Origin: Lytechinus pictus
Lineage: Eukaryota
Length of the DNA stretch: 64,000 nucleotides
Assembly: GCF_037042905.1 (NCBI RefSeq)
Contig: NC_087251.1
Location: 23,190,001-23,254,000 of the forward strand
Reading direction: 5' to 3'
Part shown: positions 13,301-27,105 of the stretch, one piece after another
Layout of the letters: every line of letters begins with the position of its first letter
Numbering within the stretch: the first letter of the stretch is position 1
The notes under the pieces: model-generated
What the model saw: the letters and a program-made list of their open reading frames with translations, nothing else
What the model was told of the DNA's origin: nothing
The model's database searches: none
Position numbers and translations under genes: made by a program

Positions 13301-16300
13301 TGTTTTTGTTACAGGTTAACATTTTCTGATGCTGGTTTGAGGTTGATGTTGACCAAACAATTTCCTGCTCGCACGCGATTGAGGACGGCGTGTTGGCTCA
13401 TCATTACTGAGGTATGAACTCTGAAATCATTCAAATCAACTGGTTGGATAATTTTCGTTAAATATATGGATTAGAGATCACGTAAGGAAAAAAGTAAAGT
13501 GCAGCATGCAACTCAAAGAGGCATAAAGTTAGCCCAACAATTTGACATATGCATATTCGGATGAATCGTTCCAGTTTGCTTGGGTTTACCAGCATCTAAA
13601 CATTTTGTATGGACTCAAATATTATTAGTACACATGCCACTTATATGCATACGAGCGTGCAAAGAATAGTCACTCCAATTTACATGAATTTTGTCGCTCA
13701 CATAGTAGGCCTATATGTTCGAATCATAAGAACCATCATTCTTCCTTCCACGACAGCAAAAACAAATGGAGGCTGAAAGTGGCGGGAAGTTTCCAACAAC
13801 ATACACCCACCGTCCAAGTCTACCAGAGACAGAGAAGAATGGAAATGTACCTCGGAGTGACTCCATCTGCAAAGATGAGAGGTAAGCATTCCTATCCTGA
13901 TCGATCATTCAGTGGTTAAAGAAAAAAATCACTCATTGAAGCTGGTTGAAAAATCAAGCATACACTGAAAGCAATATGATGGTTTGGAAAAATCTTTCTT
14001 GGATGGTCCTGGGAAGCGGGGGTGCTGGGGTGTTATTCTCCTTGGGCAGCACCCCTAGAATTCTGGTAGATGTGGCAAAATGGAGAAATATAATCAAAAT
14101 GACCTTCATTTTTTAGTGAAACTCTTTTTTTTGCTTGTCAAATTTCCGGAATCAAAATGACTTTATTTTGTAGCGAAACTCTTTTTTCCTTATTTTGTTG
14201 CCTATCAAATTTACATCAGCACCCCCTGTAAAAAAAAATTGTTCCCAGGGCCCTGCTTTCTTGGTTCATTTCATACCATATTTTTTTGTGCGTGGAATGT
14301 GTATATGTCTGGATGAACATGAAACCATATGCCGAGAACGCAAATATCCCATTGTGCATTCTCATGCTAATAATGCACTGAAGCGAACTGCAATTTTTAG
14401 TTTCAAAAGGATTTTGACCTCTTCTTGCTGATCTTGACTGTGGGCGATTTTTGTACTCTCGCTAACAATTCCTCTTGTAAGAGTATTAACATGAGATACT
14501 ACTCAAAAGTTATACCGACATTAATATATTACATTTGATTTGAAAAAAATATTGATAATGAAAAACATTTCAAAGATTAATTCAATTATTACAGATGCCA
14601 GCATTTGCAATCGTTAATCCAGAACAGCCACATTACGAGCTTCGATTACTGGTGTTATGCCCGTTTCTTTGTGTCCGTTGATATCCATATTCTTAGTTTC
14701 AGTATGAAGGTGTTATCTTTGGTAACAGGTTTCCTGGAGTCTCAATAGATATCTCGTGACTAAAATAATTGTTTGACTGCCGTAAACCTTACATTTCGAA
14801 ATTCTTTTTTATTTACTAGAACTAATGAGTAGACCTAAGAGTTGTTTAATTTTTTTGTTTTACTGATTATCACAGTGTTGATTTGTCAATCGATAAAGAT
14901 GGAACAGAAGATGTAATCAGTGAAAGAAGCTTTCCAGAAATAGATTCTCCTTTCTGTGTACCAGGTGGGTTATTTCATTTTTCTTTTCTTGTTGTTTATT
15001 TGTTAATCCTGTACAATGATTGGTCAAACATGACGTCATATGACCAAACTTAAGGTCGCTATAATGTAACTAACATATACTATCCTGTGAGTTACACATT
15101 ATTCCTTTTAAAAGCATGTTGCGCTCACTAAGTACAAGAGAATTCCAATCACTTTAAAACATCACGATTCATGTAAGATGTCTCGTAATGTGCAATTTGA
15201 TGGGGTATTTTTTTATATTAAAAGTGGAATGTTTACAAGATTTGGCTAATGAAAAGCATTTCAATTAAGGAGGCTTCAACCTCCTAAAAATACCTCCATC
15301 AAATTGCAACTTTTTTCCTTGGGCCACTCGTTTTCAGACCTAACAATATGGGGTAAAAAGAAGTCGCAAGCTATGTAGATTTTCAAAAAAAATATGCATG
15401 ATACCCTGATAATCTAGTGTTGCCAACGGTGGCCGTACCTCGATGGATAAACCAATAAGATTGACCGATTGAAGTTAATGGAAATTATACTCTATACATC
15501 AAAAATACCTTTTCATCTTTCGTTTTGTCGCACCAATTTCTTTCCCGTTACAGATGGTTTAATGAACATAATCAAATGGTTCGTCACACTACCTATCTGT
15601 ATTCTACTGTTCTTCACTATACCGGATTGTAGGAGAAAACGTTTTGACCGTTGGTACATGGCTACATTCTTCGCTTCTGTCGGTTGGATCGCAATCTTTT
15701 CCTATGTTATGGTTTGGATGGTGGCTTATATTGGACACACACTTCACATTCCTGACACTATAATGGGTATTACCTTCTTAGCGGCTGGCACTAGTGTTCC
15801 CGATGCCATCGCCAGCTTACTGGTTGCCAGAGAAGGTATGAAGCTAAAAAAGACATGCTTAAATTATTTTCTTATGCATATGCTATTGAATGGTTATTCC
15901 AATTAGATAGACAAGTATTGATTCCCTTCTTATCAACAAGTATTGTCGAATCGCAAACCACTTCATCTGCAGCAGACAATATTCATCAACTATTAGAGTG
16001 ATTAGAGTGAAGGGAATGTCTATCTCTCTATTTTTTGAGCCATCATCTCTCGATTCGAAATTGCACCTTTAAGTTATGTTGGAATCCTATATATCTTGAC
16101 TTCATCTGATATTAATGATTACGAAAGTACAAACGAAACAACACCGCCATACCCCTATACGCCCCCATTTTGGCACCATTTTCATTCTTTCCAATAAAAC
16201 TTTATATTAAATCTCAAAATCCGATAGTTTTATCATTTGTTACGATATTTTAAAATCGTTGCCTGTTGAATTTTAGATCATTAATCTCGTTATGAACTTT

Positions 16301-18596
16301 TCACCTCTTCCGCAATACAGCATTTCCCCCAGAAAGCTGAGAATTGTCGATGTTTTATCAAAGCTTAATACTAAATATTAATTTTTAAATGAAATATTAT
16401 CGCGAAACTATATGTCTTTTCTTTCTATGGTGCAACTGTATGATACAGCGAGTTTACAAAAAATGAAGAAAGGATACCAAAAACTAAAGATTTCGTTCTC
16501 GATAATTACATCTGCTCTTTAATATACCTCCATTGAATAAAATAATCAACGCTATCATGTAAATCTTCATGCCATTTTTAGATTGCTTCATGTGGTCATG
16601 TATTGATATCGTTATTATATATACTAGATTTTCATTTTCATTTTCGACGATACGAAAAGTAATGTCCTATTCGTTGGTACTTTTTGTTTTAGCGCCTCTA
16701 AATATTCATTATTATTATTAAATATGAAGAAATATGCTTCAACTCAAATATCAATTCAGAATAAAACCTAAAAATAATTTTCACATGTTTGTTTTACGTT
16801 CAGGTTTGGGTGATATGGCAGTATCTAACAGCATCGGTAGTAATGTTTTTGATATTCTTATTGGTCTTGCCCTTCCCTGGTTTATTAAGACAACATTCGT
16901 CAGTTATGGCACCAGAGTAAGTAGTTTATATTATTTTTTTAATACTGAATTTTATTTAATTGTCTGTCATTGCTCAAGAAGTCAGTATTTATACAAGTTT
17001 TTTTTAATGTTACATGGTTAGTGTGTGAATTTAATATGAGATGCTAAAGAAACCAATATTACTTCCAAAAAGCAGTATCACCATCTTCTAATGAATTATG
17101 AATTCATGAATCATAGAAGTATAACTCCATATATGAGGTGCCAAATGGAATTACCACATTAAATATCAGGTTTTCACTTGAATGATAGTAATATTAATGA
17201 GAATAATGATAATAATTTTAATGATAATGATATGAAATAAAAACTAGTAATGATAAAGAAAAAAAGAGCATGATTGTAATAACTTTTTAAGGCAATCCCT
17301 TCCCAGCTCCTGAATAATGAGTTTATAGTAAATGCGATTATTTTCTTTGTTTTCTTCTTCTTCTTTTTTGTCATAAGTAACTTTTAAAACCAGAATCGAC
17401 CCTACGACACGCACACTCACACATACGCTCACACCATATAGATATGCATGCATTTTATGCATGTTGAAATCATCATGAAGCAGAAAATCGATAATGGTTG
17501 TTCGCCCTTTTTTTTATTTTGAGTTGGTGATTGCAATGAAACCATAAAATCTAATGATGAATGTGTGCAATTTTCTTAGCAAAATTACCAAAATTTCTTT
17601 GCAGAAAGGGGTTTATATAAGCCTAATGATTATTTACTTGTGCATAATGATTTTTCCAGTGTGTGGGCTATGTTATCAAAAGAGAAAAATCATATATCAT
17701 TGGATATGCTTTTTCCATTTTCTCTTTGAGAAAATATCTAGAAAGTTTCCATTGCCAGTCGTAGCGTCATGTGTTTTCAATGTTTAATTACAAAGTCATT
17801 TTTACTGTGTAGGCGTTTGTTACTCTTTCCATATTCGCTCCATTGTTATATTTTGACTAAATTTGCTGGTATTTTCTTTTTGGAAAATAGATCAAGATTA
17901 ACAGCAAGGGTCTTCTATATTCGGTTCTTCTCTTATTTGCATCTGTAACTGCAACGGTAAGAATAAATATTGTTTCTTCGTTCTGTTCTTAATCCATTCT
18001 ATAGAAGTTCCTTGTCATACAAACTGTAAGTCAGTACACAACCCAAAATTTGTAAACTGTACATGACATAGGAGGGAAAATATCAGATGCTAACACTTCT
18101 AATGGTGGTTACAGTTCCCCTCTTGTCATTTGATTTATTCATTTAAGCTGATGTCTTTTCTATACTTTGATTCATTTCATTTGAATAATTATCACGTTCT
18201 TTCGTTTGTCAGTCAATCTGTGTAGTATATTTCACTAATTCAAATTTATCCATCAGTTCATGAAAATTATCAAAACGAAGATTGAAATGAGAGCAACGGA
18301 AAAATGACAATCATTTGGGTTTTCTTTCTGTCTTTATAGATCAGACCGAAAAAAAATTGTTGAGATCATCCTGCAATAAACGTTACATGAGATTTTGTGA
18401 GTTATGGGTAATAACAAGTTCGTACATTCCATTTTACTTTTAAACGCAGATATTGGCGATTCATTTCAACAAATGGAGGTTAGATCGACGACTCGGTATT
18501 CTACTGACTTTGTTTTATGTGGTCTTCCTCTCATTCTCAATCATGGTAGAAATGAATGTATTCGGTTATGTGAACCCACCGATATGCAAGAATTAG
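1289..18596 (+). CDS. SLC24A: SLC24-family K+-dependent Na+/Ca2+ exchanger (NCKX3/4-like), multi-exon, 5' exons outside window
   Basis: 14 exons with AG/GT boundaries and consistent phases splice into one frame. It contains alpha-1 ([23 protein letters not shown]), alpha-2 ([23 protein letters not shown]), the NCKX3/4-type loop segment [17 protein letters not shown] and the C-terminus [13 protein letters not shown]. Exact paralogue not assignable. Confidence 0.95.
2324..2408 (+). CDS. SLC24A: NCKX exon, alpha-1 repeat ([28 protein letters not shown])
   Basis: ttcag acceptor, gt donor; alpha-1 signature. Confidence 0.95.
3089..3751 (+). mobile_element. Non-autonomous Helentron-type (HINE/DINE-like) element
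   Basis: T-rich ends, subterminal IR gtctcgccca / tgggcgagac plus an extra near-5' partial copy, (CGTC)-like microsatellite, about 3 tandem ~157-bp units. Confidence 0.7.
5867..5970 (+). CDS. SLC24A: NCKX exon ([34 protein letters not shown])
   Basis: ctag/gtga boundaries, phase matches previous exon. Confidence 0.95.
8129..8229 (+). CDS. SLC24A: NCKX exon ([34 protein letters not shown])
   Basis: ccag/gtaag boundaries; WWPLFRD motif. Confidence 0.93.
8358..8779. mobile_element. MITE-like element built from inverted short subrepeats
   Basis: tgccaattcgtc / gacgaattggca ends; ccatt(t)cgtc subrepeats on the left mirrored by (g)accaaatgg on the right. Confidence 0.55.
9488..9541 (+). CDS. SLC24A: NCKX exon ([18 protein letters not shown])
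   Basis: ccag/gtgag boundaries; phase consistent. Confidence 0.9.
10129..10232 (+). CDS. SLC24A: NCKX exon, start of cytoplasmic loop (CNPRLFKH...QLEQ)
   Basis: ctag/gtata boundaries; phase consistent. Confidence 0.82.
12202..12295 (+). CDS. SLC24A: NCKX cytoplasmic-loop exon (TPLNATED...SNSPK)
   Basis: acag/gtata boundaries; bridges phase 1 to phase 2. Confidence 0.75.
12435..12497. repeat. Perfect 37-bp palindrome plus a third arm copy
   Basis: catggacctactactctg-a-cagagtagtaggtccatg, then a second cagagtagtaggtccatg. Confidence 0.85.
13315..13411 (+). CDS. SLC24A: NCKX loop exon ([32 protein letters not shown])
   Basis: acag/gtatg boundaries; resembles the conserved NCKX3/4 loop segment. 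Confidence 0.9.
13757..13881 (+). CDS. SLC24A: NCKX loop exon ([10 protein letters not shown]...ICKDE)
   Basis: pyrimidine tract plus acag acceptor, gtaag donor; phase 0 to 2. Confidence 0.75.
14876..14964 (+). CDS. SLC24A: NCKX loop exon (VDLSIDKD...SPFCVP)
   Basis: cacag/gtggg boundaries; phase 2 to 1; SPFxxP precedes the TM block. Confidence 0.8.
15554..15835 (+). CDS. SLC24A: NCKX exon, alpha-2 repeat (GLMNIIKW...[23 protein letters not shown])
   Basis: acag/gtatg boundaries; TIPDCR and alpha-2 signature. Confidence 0.96.
16804..16916 (+). CDS. SLC24A: NCKX exon ([29 protein letters not shown]...)
   Basis: tcag/gtaag boundaries; GSNVFD contains the Asp typical of K+-dependent NCKX. Confidence 0.96.
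17891..17956 (+). CDS. SLC24A: NCKX exon ([22 protein letters not shown])
   Basis: atag/gtaag boundaries; INSxGL motif. Confidence 0.9.
18450..18596 (+). CDS. SLC24A: NCKX terminal coding exon ([16 protein letters not shown]...PPICKN*)
   Basis: gcag acceptor, TAG stop at 18594-18596. Confidence 0.93.
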   Translation: MLAIHFNKWRLDRRLGILLTLFYVVFLSFSIMVEMNVFGYVNPPICKN

Positions 18597-19220
18597 CAGC
18601 ATCGTACACCATCTTATATCTCATTCATCGATGCCGAGAAACTTTGGTTGGCAACCAGTTGCAATATATTTGAAGTTTGTTTCAAAGATTTCATTGTGAA
18701 GGAAATCACAGTGGAAAAAAAAGAGGACATGCCAAAAAGTTACTTCATCAACTCATCATAATGAAAGGAAGTACACTTTAATCTGATAATGATGAATTAT
18801 GGATAGTTCATTTGGGAATGCTGAGGATGTTTTTTCGCTACTTTGTTGAATGGAGTCAAGCAGGGTAGTCCGGATGAAACCCCAAAACGGTGGAATAATT
18901 CAAGATTTATGAACATCACAACCAGCATTATTCGCCAACGATGCTACAAGTGTGCTCACCTATCTGTGACGTCAATGCTCAAACTCAAAAGAATAATTCA
19001 ATTTATGTGTACTGGTACATAGATAAAGATATGACTTAATACCGTAATAATATTCGTTTGCTAAAGGGATGCAATTTTTATAAGTCTTCATATTCGATTA
19101 TACAGATAACTGTCCAGCGTTAAATTCTTTAAAATCTCCAAGGTACAATGAGCAACCATTTTTTTTCTCAATCTGTTAAAACGAAATTGAAAAACGGATT
19201 ATGGCAAACATGCCTAATAG

Positions 19221-20232
19221 TTTTTTGTTTCGCCTGCATAGCAGAGCAAGACTATAGGCGCTGCTTTGGCGGCGGCGACGTCGTCGACATTGAAATCTTA
19301 ACCAAGGTTATGTTTTGGAAATGTCATCAGAACTTAGAAAGTATAGAATATTAGTTCATGAAACTTGGAATTAAGAGTAACCAAGTATTACTGAACATCT
19401 TGTCTGAGTTTCAGGGCACATGACCCAGGTCAAAGGTCATTTAGGGTCAATTAACTTAGACCGCGTTGGGGGAATAAGTTTTTGAAATATCGTCATAACT
19501 TATCAAGTATATGGACCTAGTTCATTTAATCTTAGACATAAGGTAATGGTGCTTCACTGAAGATCCTGCCTGATTTTCAGGTCAAATGACCAAGGTCAAA
19601 AGTCACTTAGGGTCTACGAACAACTTTGGATATATTAGGATATTTGTGGAATTGTCATCATAACTTTGAAATTGTATGGATCTAGTTCATGACACTTCAG
19701 TGGACATAAGAGCAATTAAGTATCCCAGAAAATCCTATGCGAATTACAGGACACGTGACCAAGGTCAAAGGTTATTTCAGGTCAACAGGCTTTTGTAACG
19801 TTAGGGGTATTTGTGGAATTGTCATAACTTTAAAAGTTTATGGATCTAGTTCATGAAACCTTGACATAAGAGCAACCATGTATCCCTAAATATCATGTGC
19901 GCGTTTGAGATCACGTGACCAACATCAAATGTCATTTAAGGTCAATAACTTTGTACCTGTTGTTGAATTGGCATCGTAACTTAAAAAGTTTTTTAATCTA
20001 GTTCATGAAACGTAGATATAAGGTTAATCAAGTATGAATCATTGTTTTGCACACGTCTTAGGTCATATGATCGTGGTCAAAGGTCATTTCGGGTCAATGG
20101 ACGTAGTATTTTATTATCATATGAAGGTTTTCATTTGTGAATAATTATTCAATAATTGTTTTCAAAGTCAGCACTTGTGCTATATCGAATCGCGTAATGC
20201 GGGCGAGACTGCCAGAGACGTTCCACTTGTTT
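19221..20232 (+). mobile_element. Non-autonomous Helentron-type (HINE-like) element downstream of the NCKX stop
   Basis: gtttcgcctgcat / atgcgggcgagac subterminal IR, GGC/GAC microsatellite, about 5 degenerate ~160-bp units, T-rich ends. Confidence 0.65.
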
Positions 20233-22551
20233 TTAATAAGAGGAAGATAAACGATAATCTGAAGCACGAAACTTGATGAAAGGTTTATTGAATAAAATTG
20301 TTTGACTCAGAAGGATGAAAATAAATGGAACATTTATCTTGTTTTGTTGACACAACAATTAGTATTCATAAAATTAAAATGGTTTTGAAATGATATAGCT
20401 GATGTGACACTCGTGTTTGTTAGAATCAACTTGGAGGTTTAAATTTGCATTAAACTCGATAATACTTGACCATGGCAGATTTTTTATCGTTTAGTAGATC
20501 GAGTGATTGATAAAGTATTGTTTGTCATTCAACATTCTGTTGCAATAATATAATATTAGTGTAGTTAATGATTTTAGAGTATTGTAGGTTGAAGGATTTC
20601 TGGCAATACACGTTTAGTAATGTAAAGTACGAAAAGTGCACTTGTAAGAAGTTATTTTTAATTCGGTGATTACATGTGCCTATTGCATGATCGATCACGT
20701 GGATTTAAATGATTAGGCTTTTAGTTAAATTTGTATTACCGAATATCTTAATTCATAAATGTAGGTTTGATATTTTCCCCTTGTGCAATCGTGCAATGAA
20801 CTATAGTATTGGTGATGGGACGACATGGAATGTTTTTGATATGCCAAAATAATGCCACCATGTGTGAAATAATGTCTCGATAGCCATTACGATGAGAAAG
20901 GCGAGTCTCTTTGGTTTATATAAAGAGATTTGATATCAGTTTTCTTTGTATTCGACGAGTCCCATGTCCTAATAAGTTTGTTGTGATAGTTTATTCACTT
21001 ACGACGTAAATCTATGCATTGAAGAGAATAAGAATGTTTATTTCAGTAAAAGAGATATTTGATTTGATACTAAATTTTATTAGGATAATGAGAGATGCAA
21101 TGTTGTGTAACTATTTATCAAGATATTTAATATTTTGTGAAGTGTTTTGTATATATGCACATAATTAAAGTGTAGTTGTATAAATGGATGAAGTTGATAT
21201 TTATGATAACATTTATTTAAATTGGTCTATTCGTAACGGCACAAAGACATGTACATTCTAATTAATTATGCCTCGATGGCAATGTTATTTGTAATGTTAA
21301 AGCATTATCAAAGCAACTCCCAGATATTTGGAAAGGCATATTTTTAAATCCACTTTATTTTTCCATTGAACCACATGATGTATCTTGCCAATAGATGAAG
21401 AATATAAAAATGAGTATGATAATTAATAAATCTGTATAGTCTAATATACTTTCCAGATACTTTTATTCCTTGAGAATGCAAGGCATTTCAATCAAGGGAA
21501 TTGTATTGCACATATAAGCACGAGGGGTAAGTCGGGTAATACCGAACAACATTCTATTTGGGCCAATAAGTCAAGTTTAGTAAATGTAACCATACCATAC
21601 AAAGTTTATGCAATGCTTGAGCTAGGAGTTTTCGTTGATTCAAATACTATAGATAAAAAAGAAAATGAAACATAATGTCCGTTCGTGATAACCCCCACAC
21701 TTCGCTGGCAATCCCGAACGATCTTCAATCCTATTCTCCCACCATTGATGTGTTTTGCTTCTAAAATCCCACCCAAAGATTGATCTACACGGTGTTCATT
21801 TAGATTGAAACACTGTCTCAATTTATGCAGCGTGGTATTTCGATAGGTGCCGGGCGGACCGAAACAAAGGTGACGTCACTTTATCTCGATTGAACTACAG
21901 GGGAAATAAAGGTTAACTTTAAACACGTCTCACTTTTTTAAATTCTTCTTTGATTTACTTTCTCGCCCCCACTCTCTCTTCATTTCCTTCTTTCTCTCAT
22001 CCTTTTAAAAATAAGTTTCTCTTCTTTAAAAGTGTTGGGGCAGTCATCCCCTAACCCCTGCATGTAGCGCGACGCCCCTGTCACAATACAAACACTTTTT
22101 TGTAAACACGAATCATTTTTATTATCTGGAACAAAAATATGCCCTAACAAAGACTAATTCATGAATTACTTTAGTGAAAGTAAAATTTACACAAGAAACA
22201 TAATTGGGGTAGTCCCGGACGGTCGTTAGAAATTCCCCTCACCGTTAAGTATTATTATTTTTCTTTCTTTGTCCTCATGGAGCATCTTCGTTGACTTCAA
22301 AGATATACACCTGCAACCTGCAAAAGTAAGCTCTACACAAGATTTTTAAAGGGAGCCCACCGTAATTCATCTAAGCATTGTTAAAAAAATTAATCATACT
22401 ACGAATATTCACATGAACCTTCTCAAAATTTCTCTTTATGTTGGTCAATCAAATGACAACAATGAATTCCAATGTGTCACGTCTATAGGGTCAGTGGGAC
22501 AACAGCTTTCATTATTGGATATCATTAGAGCGCCATGATTCGTCAGTTGAA

Positions 22552-22733
22552 CAGGGGCCGTTCCACAAAGCTTTTCGTAAGTTAAGAGCGACTTTAAGAA
22601 CGACTGGTGAACCTTTCTTACGCGCTAATCAATCACCAATGAACATTTAATGGTTCATTTACTACAAGGAAGGATCACCAGTCGTTCTTAAAGTTTCTCT
22701 TAACCTACGAACAGCTTTATGAAACACCCACCA
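22552..22733. mobile_element. Palindromic MITE (~180 bp)
   Basis: ctttaagaacgactggtga / tcaccagtcgttcttaaag, with further imperfect pairing out to both ends. Confidence 0.7.
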
Positions 22734-24112
22734 GGACAAGCGTGTTGGGGGTTACTCCTCGTTCAGCAATACCCGTCTCACTCCTTTTATCCGGTTATAA
22801 CATTGAGCAAATGCAGTACATGTTTATTGTATTATTTCAGTCGTGCATTGGCAACATTAGATTTTGTTATCATGAATGAAAGGTCATATTCTCAATCAAC
22901 AGTAATTTGTTTGTAAAAGTATCAATGGAGCTGTGCGTTCCAAGACGCAATGCATTAATTTCTCGACAGTTGTGGAATTAGCACTTCCCAAACACAGTGA
23001 CCACATTTGTAATGTTTTGTGTAGTCTTCCTGAAACTTAGTTTAAAGCAAAGTTTGTCGTTTATTTATATTTTTTCCGTTCAAAATATCGCTAGAAAAAA
23101 TATACAAAGTATATCTTATGGTATATTATGATAGATCAGGGAATTTATACTGAATTGTAAAATGTACAAATTGTGACATCAGAATCTTTGCATATATGGG
23201 TGTGAAATATTGTATATCGTATTCTGACTTCTTCTTTTTTTTTTTTTTTTTTTAAATATGCTTAGTAACATGTTTGACAAAACTATTGTCCCCGCGAAAT
23301 TATATTGTTTCAACATGCTACACTCTAAAAACACTGAGCAAAAATTTACCCAATATTGGGTAGAAAGGGAACATGTATGTTTGCTGGGTATTTTTCATCC
23401 CATGCATATTGGGCTATTTCAACGCAACATTGCAACCAACATGCATGGTCCCATTTTCCTTAATAATGGGTAAACCTTTATTTTTTAGAGTGTATCCTAC
23501 AGTAACATTTTGTACTTGTGGCGATACATAATCTCCTTCAAAGAATTATGTTCATTTTCGTTGTGAAATCAATCTAAAAGGAAATCTTTTAGGATTTTTT
23601 TCATAAAGAGATATTTCAGTTTTGGTGAAAAATATTAAATTGTTTCTCAAACTTTTTTTTTTTTTAATTTTTGACATATTAGGTATGTAATTGAATTTAT
23701 CACAATTTTTATACTCACACCAATTCGGATCAATTTCAGAAAATCATTTTCATGCTCTTGATGATTATAATACAGTCCTGCTTAGTTTGTTATATCCCCA
23801 TGGGACCTAGATATGAGTTCTGAGTGAAAAATTAATTTACAGTACAACTGATTCCTCTCCAGAATCAACAGACTCGAGTTTGTATGAAGTAAAAAGAAAC
23901 CATTTGATTACGATTTAAGTTTATTATTAAAAACACAACATTATGCCTAATTCGACCAATTTCTTGTTTTTATTACAAAAATGTTTTGCAATTAATTGAG
24001 CATAAGTGTAATAAAATTGGGAAAATGTATTGGAATGAACCACATGAGTAAAATGTCATCATTTTATCTTTCAAAAAAAGGGGGGGCTTACGATTGAAAC
24101 CCTCTTTCGAAC

Positions 24113-25064
24113 GGTTCTAGGACAATTACCTCCCGAGGACAATTACCAAGGACAATCACCCCGGACCATAATCCCCGAACAATTATCTCTGACATATACC
24201 CCAGGACAATTACTCCCTGAAAATTACCCCCCCCCCCCTCCTCTCCGGCATCGATGTTAGAATCAAGCGGGATCCATTGTAAGTCTTGGCCGGTGGCACA
24301 GGTTTTTGAAATATTTTCGACTTTATCTTATCTTAAATCTTTCTATTTCTCTTTCCCTTTCTCTTCTATATTCCTTTTTTTCCATTTCTCTCTCTCTCTT
24401 TCACTTTTGTCTTTTTTCCCTTGCTTTCTCCCTTTTCCGCCCCCTTTTCCTTCCTTTTTGTTTAGCGGCGCCTTCTGCGCGATGAAAAAAAAGGGGGGGA
24501 CTTGCGCCCCAAACCTCCCGTTTGGCTACCATAATTATATGCATCAGAAAATATGTTAACTGTCCCTCAAACTACCTTTTATTTTCAAGTTTTTGTAGGA
24601 CAATTGAACATTCATGAAAGGACACGATTACACATAATAATCACAAATGTTGAATATCTCTGATTCCAACTGATCTGATTTTTATTTATTTTGGGTTTGA
24701 TTTCAGGAAAAATATCAGGCAAATAGATAAAACGTTAAAAGGACACCTTCATAGGTAGAAATTTTGAAAGTCGCTAACGCAAACAATGAACACTAACACA
24801 GACAAGTATTAAACTGTTATTTTAAAACGATTCAACAAACAAGAAGCGTAGAATTATCAAACAATTGGTGCACAAACGTACGGCCGTCGTATGACTTTGT
24901 CCTCTCCCTTTGTCTGGGGGTAATTGTCCTCGTTGGGTAATTGTTACCGGGGGTAATTGTCCTCGGGGGTAACTGTCGGGGGTAATTGTCCGGAGGTAGT
25001 TGTTCTCGGGGGGGGGGGGGTAATTGTCCGGGGGTGATTGTCCAGGGGGTAGTTGTCCTGATAC
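24113..25064. mobile_element. Element with inverted arrays of ggacaattacc(c) subrepeats at both ends
   Basis: gacaattacc arrays at 24120-24230 mirrored by ggtaattgtc arrays at 24915-25060. Confidence 0.55.
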
Positions 25065-25420
25065 GCATTCGGTTGCATGCCACGTCTGTTACGGCACATT
25101 TTGGTAAATTACCGAAATGTGGAATTTACCAAAATGTGCCGTAATTATTTTATGACAAATTTTGGTAACTGCACATTTTGATAAAATGATTTTTTACCAA
25201 AATGTGCCGATAGTGTATCTATGCCAGACAGGATTTTTTTTTAAACAAAATGTGCAGTTATAATATGATGAGCCTGCTCATTTTGGTAACAACTTAAAGG
25301 GATGCTCCGAGCTGAAAATATTTATATCTAAATAAACAAAGTAAAATTAACAAAGCAGAATGTTAACGATTTTGTTGAACTTTGGTTCACAACACAAAAA
25401 ACAGAAAATAACGAAGAGTT

Positions 25421-25465
25421 ACCTCGAAATTTTCGGCTGCTAACTGCAACCTTCGTCAGCGATGT
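25421..25465 (-). ncRNA. Second hammerhead copy in the inverted pseudo-LTR
   Basis: Exact reverse complement of 27061-27105. Confidence 0.78.
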
Positions 25466-25522
25466 GACCCGATTTGACCTTAGTGACGTAATGGTCGATG
25501 ATCGGGTCGTAGACATTCGGAA

Positions 25523-27086
25523 GCTTGTTAGTGCTCTACAAGAAATAGAGAGAGACGGTGGTATCAACAGAGACGAATATCGCAGGTTATACCCAACTAC
25601 AGATACCCCTCCTAAGTTTTATGGTCTCCCTAAAATCCATAAACCGAACATTCCACTTCGACCGATTGTAAGTAGTATTGGATCAATTACTTATAACTGT
25701 GCCAAGCATCTTGCCTACATTATGTCACCTTTAGTTGGTCAGACTTGTCACCATGTAACTGATTCTCAATCTTTTGCTGAATGTATTAAGAATACGCGTG
25801 TTGAGGAAGACGAGGAACTGAGATCATATGACGTGACAGCTTTTTTCACTTCAGTTCCTATTGACAAGGCCCTGAAGATTATCCAATCCAAACTTCAGAG
25901 CGTGAACACTTGGAAAGATAGGACTCGCTTATCAGTGGACCACATTGTGAAACTGTTGGATGTTTGCCTGCGATGTACTTATTTTGTTCACAATGGCATA
26001 TATTATCAGCAGATCCATGGAGCAGCGATGGGATCGCCAATTTCCCCCATTGTTTGTAATCTGTACATGGAACATTTTGAACAATTAGCTCTTGAGTCAG
26101 CACCTCATCCTCCAATATGGTGGTTTCGATATGTTGATGATACACACACTAAACTCAAGAAAGAATTCTCGCAGGAATTTACTGATCATCTGAACTTGAT
26201 TGATCCGGACATTCAATTCACCACTGAAGGTGAGGAAGGACTGTCGCTGGCATTTCTTGACACTTTGACGGTTATTCAACCAGACGGCAACTTGGATATC
26301 AAAGTTTACCGTAAACCTACGCACACCGACCAATACCTGAACTTTTCCTCTAATCACCCACTTGAACATAAGCTTGGTGTGACCAAGACTCTTTTCCATC
26401 GAGCGGAAGCGGTTATCACAGATCCAGTCACCGTTTCTGAGGAAAAAGCGCACGTTAAACGGGCTCTCTCCAAGTGCGGCTATCCTAGTTTGGTCTTCAA
26501 CAAGATCGATAACTCAGCTAAAGGAAAGTCTCCGCCTAGAAAGGACAACCCCAAGCCACCCAAAGGACAGATTGTACTTCCGTACGTTAAAGGATTATCG
26601 GAAGCCCTTCGTAGGAATTTCAGACAATTTGGCATTAGGGTGTGCTACAAACCAACAAGGACCCTTAGACAGTATTTGGTTGCGCCGAAAGATAAGACAG
26701 AGAAGAAGGATATCACCGGTCCTATTTATTTGATTCCTTGTCAAGGACAGACGACTAAGGAATCTTATATAGGAGAAACAGAACGTTCCCTTAGGACAAG
26801 ATTCCTTGAACACCGACGCCCTAGCTCCACTTCCTCCGAGGTATCTCAGCACATCCACATCGAATCCCCTGGCCATTGTGTTGACATCAACAAGGTACAA
26901 GTGCTGGACAGGGAGCCGCGGTACTTCGAGAGAGGTGTGAAAGAGGCCATCTACATCCGGGCGTTCAGACCTTCTCTCAACAGAGACGGGGGGCGATACA
27001 AGCTTCCGAATGTCTACGACCCGATCATCGACCATTACGTCACTAAGGTCAAATCGGGTCACATCGCTGACGAAGGTTGCAGTTAG
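25523..27086 (+). CDS. Penelope-like reverse transcriptase + GIY-YIG endonuclease (N-terminally truncated)
   Basis: FYGLPKIHK, LRPIVS, SYDV..FTS, GAAMGSP, RYVDD, FLD, YRKPT, GPIY...YIGET.R, E.I.I...LNRD.G motifs. Confidence 0.92.
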
Positions 27087-27105
27087 CAGCCGAAAATTTC
27101 GAGGT
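27061..27105 (+). ncRNA. Minimal type I hammerhead ribozyme in the pseudo-LTR
   Basis: CUGACGA core, stem II GGUUGC/GCAGCC, GAAA, loopless palindromic stem III AAUU, stem I ACAUCG/CGAGGU (one mismatch). Confidence 0.8.

Noticed and set aside
25464..25522. N-terminus of the 540-aa ORF and the antisense ORF 26595-27236
   Set aside because: Fortuitous read-through of the inverted pseudo-LTR or the antisense strand of the RT ORF.
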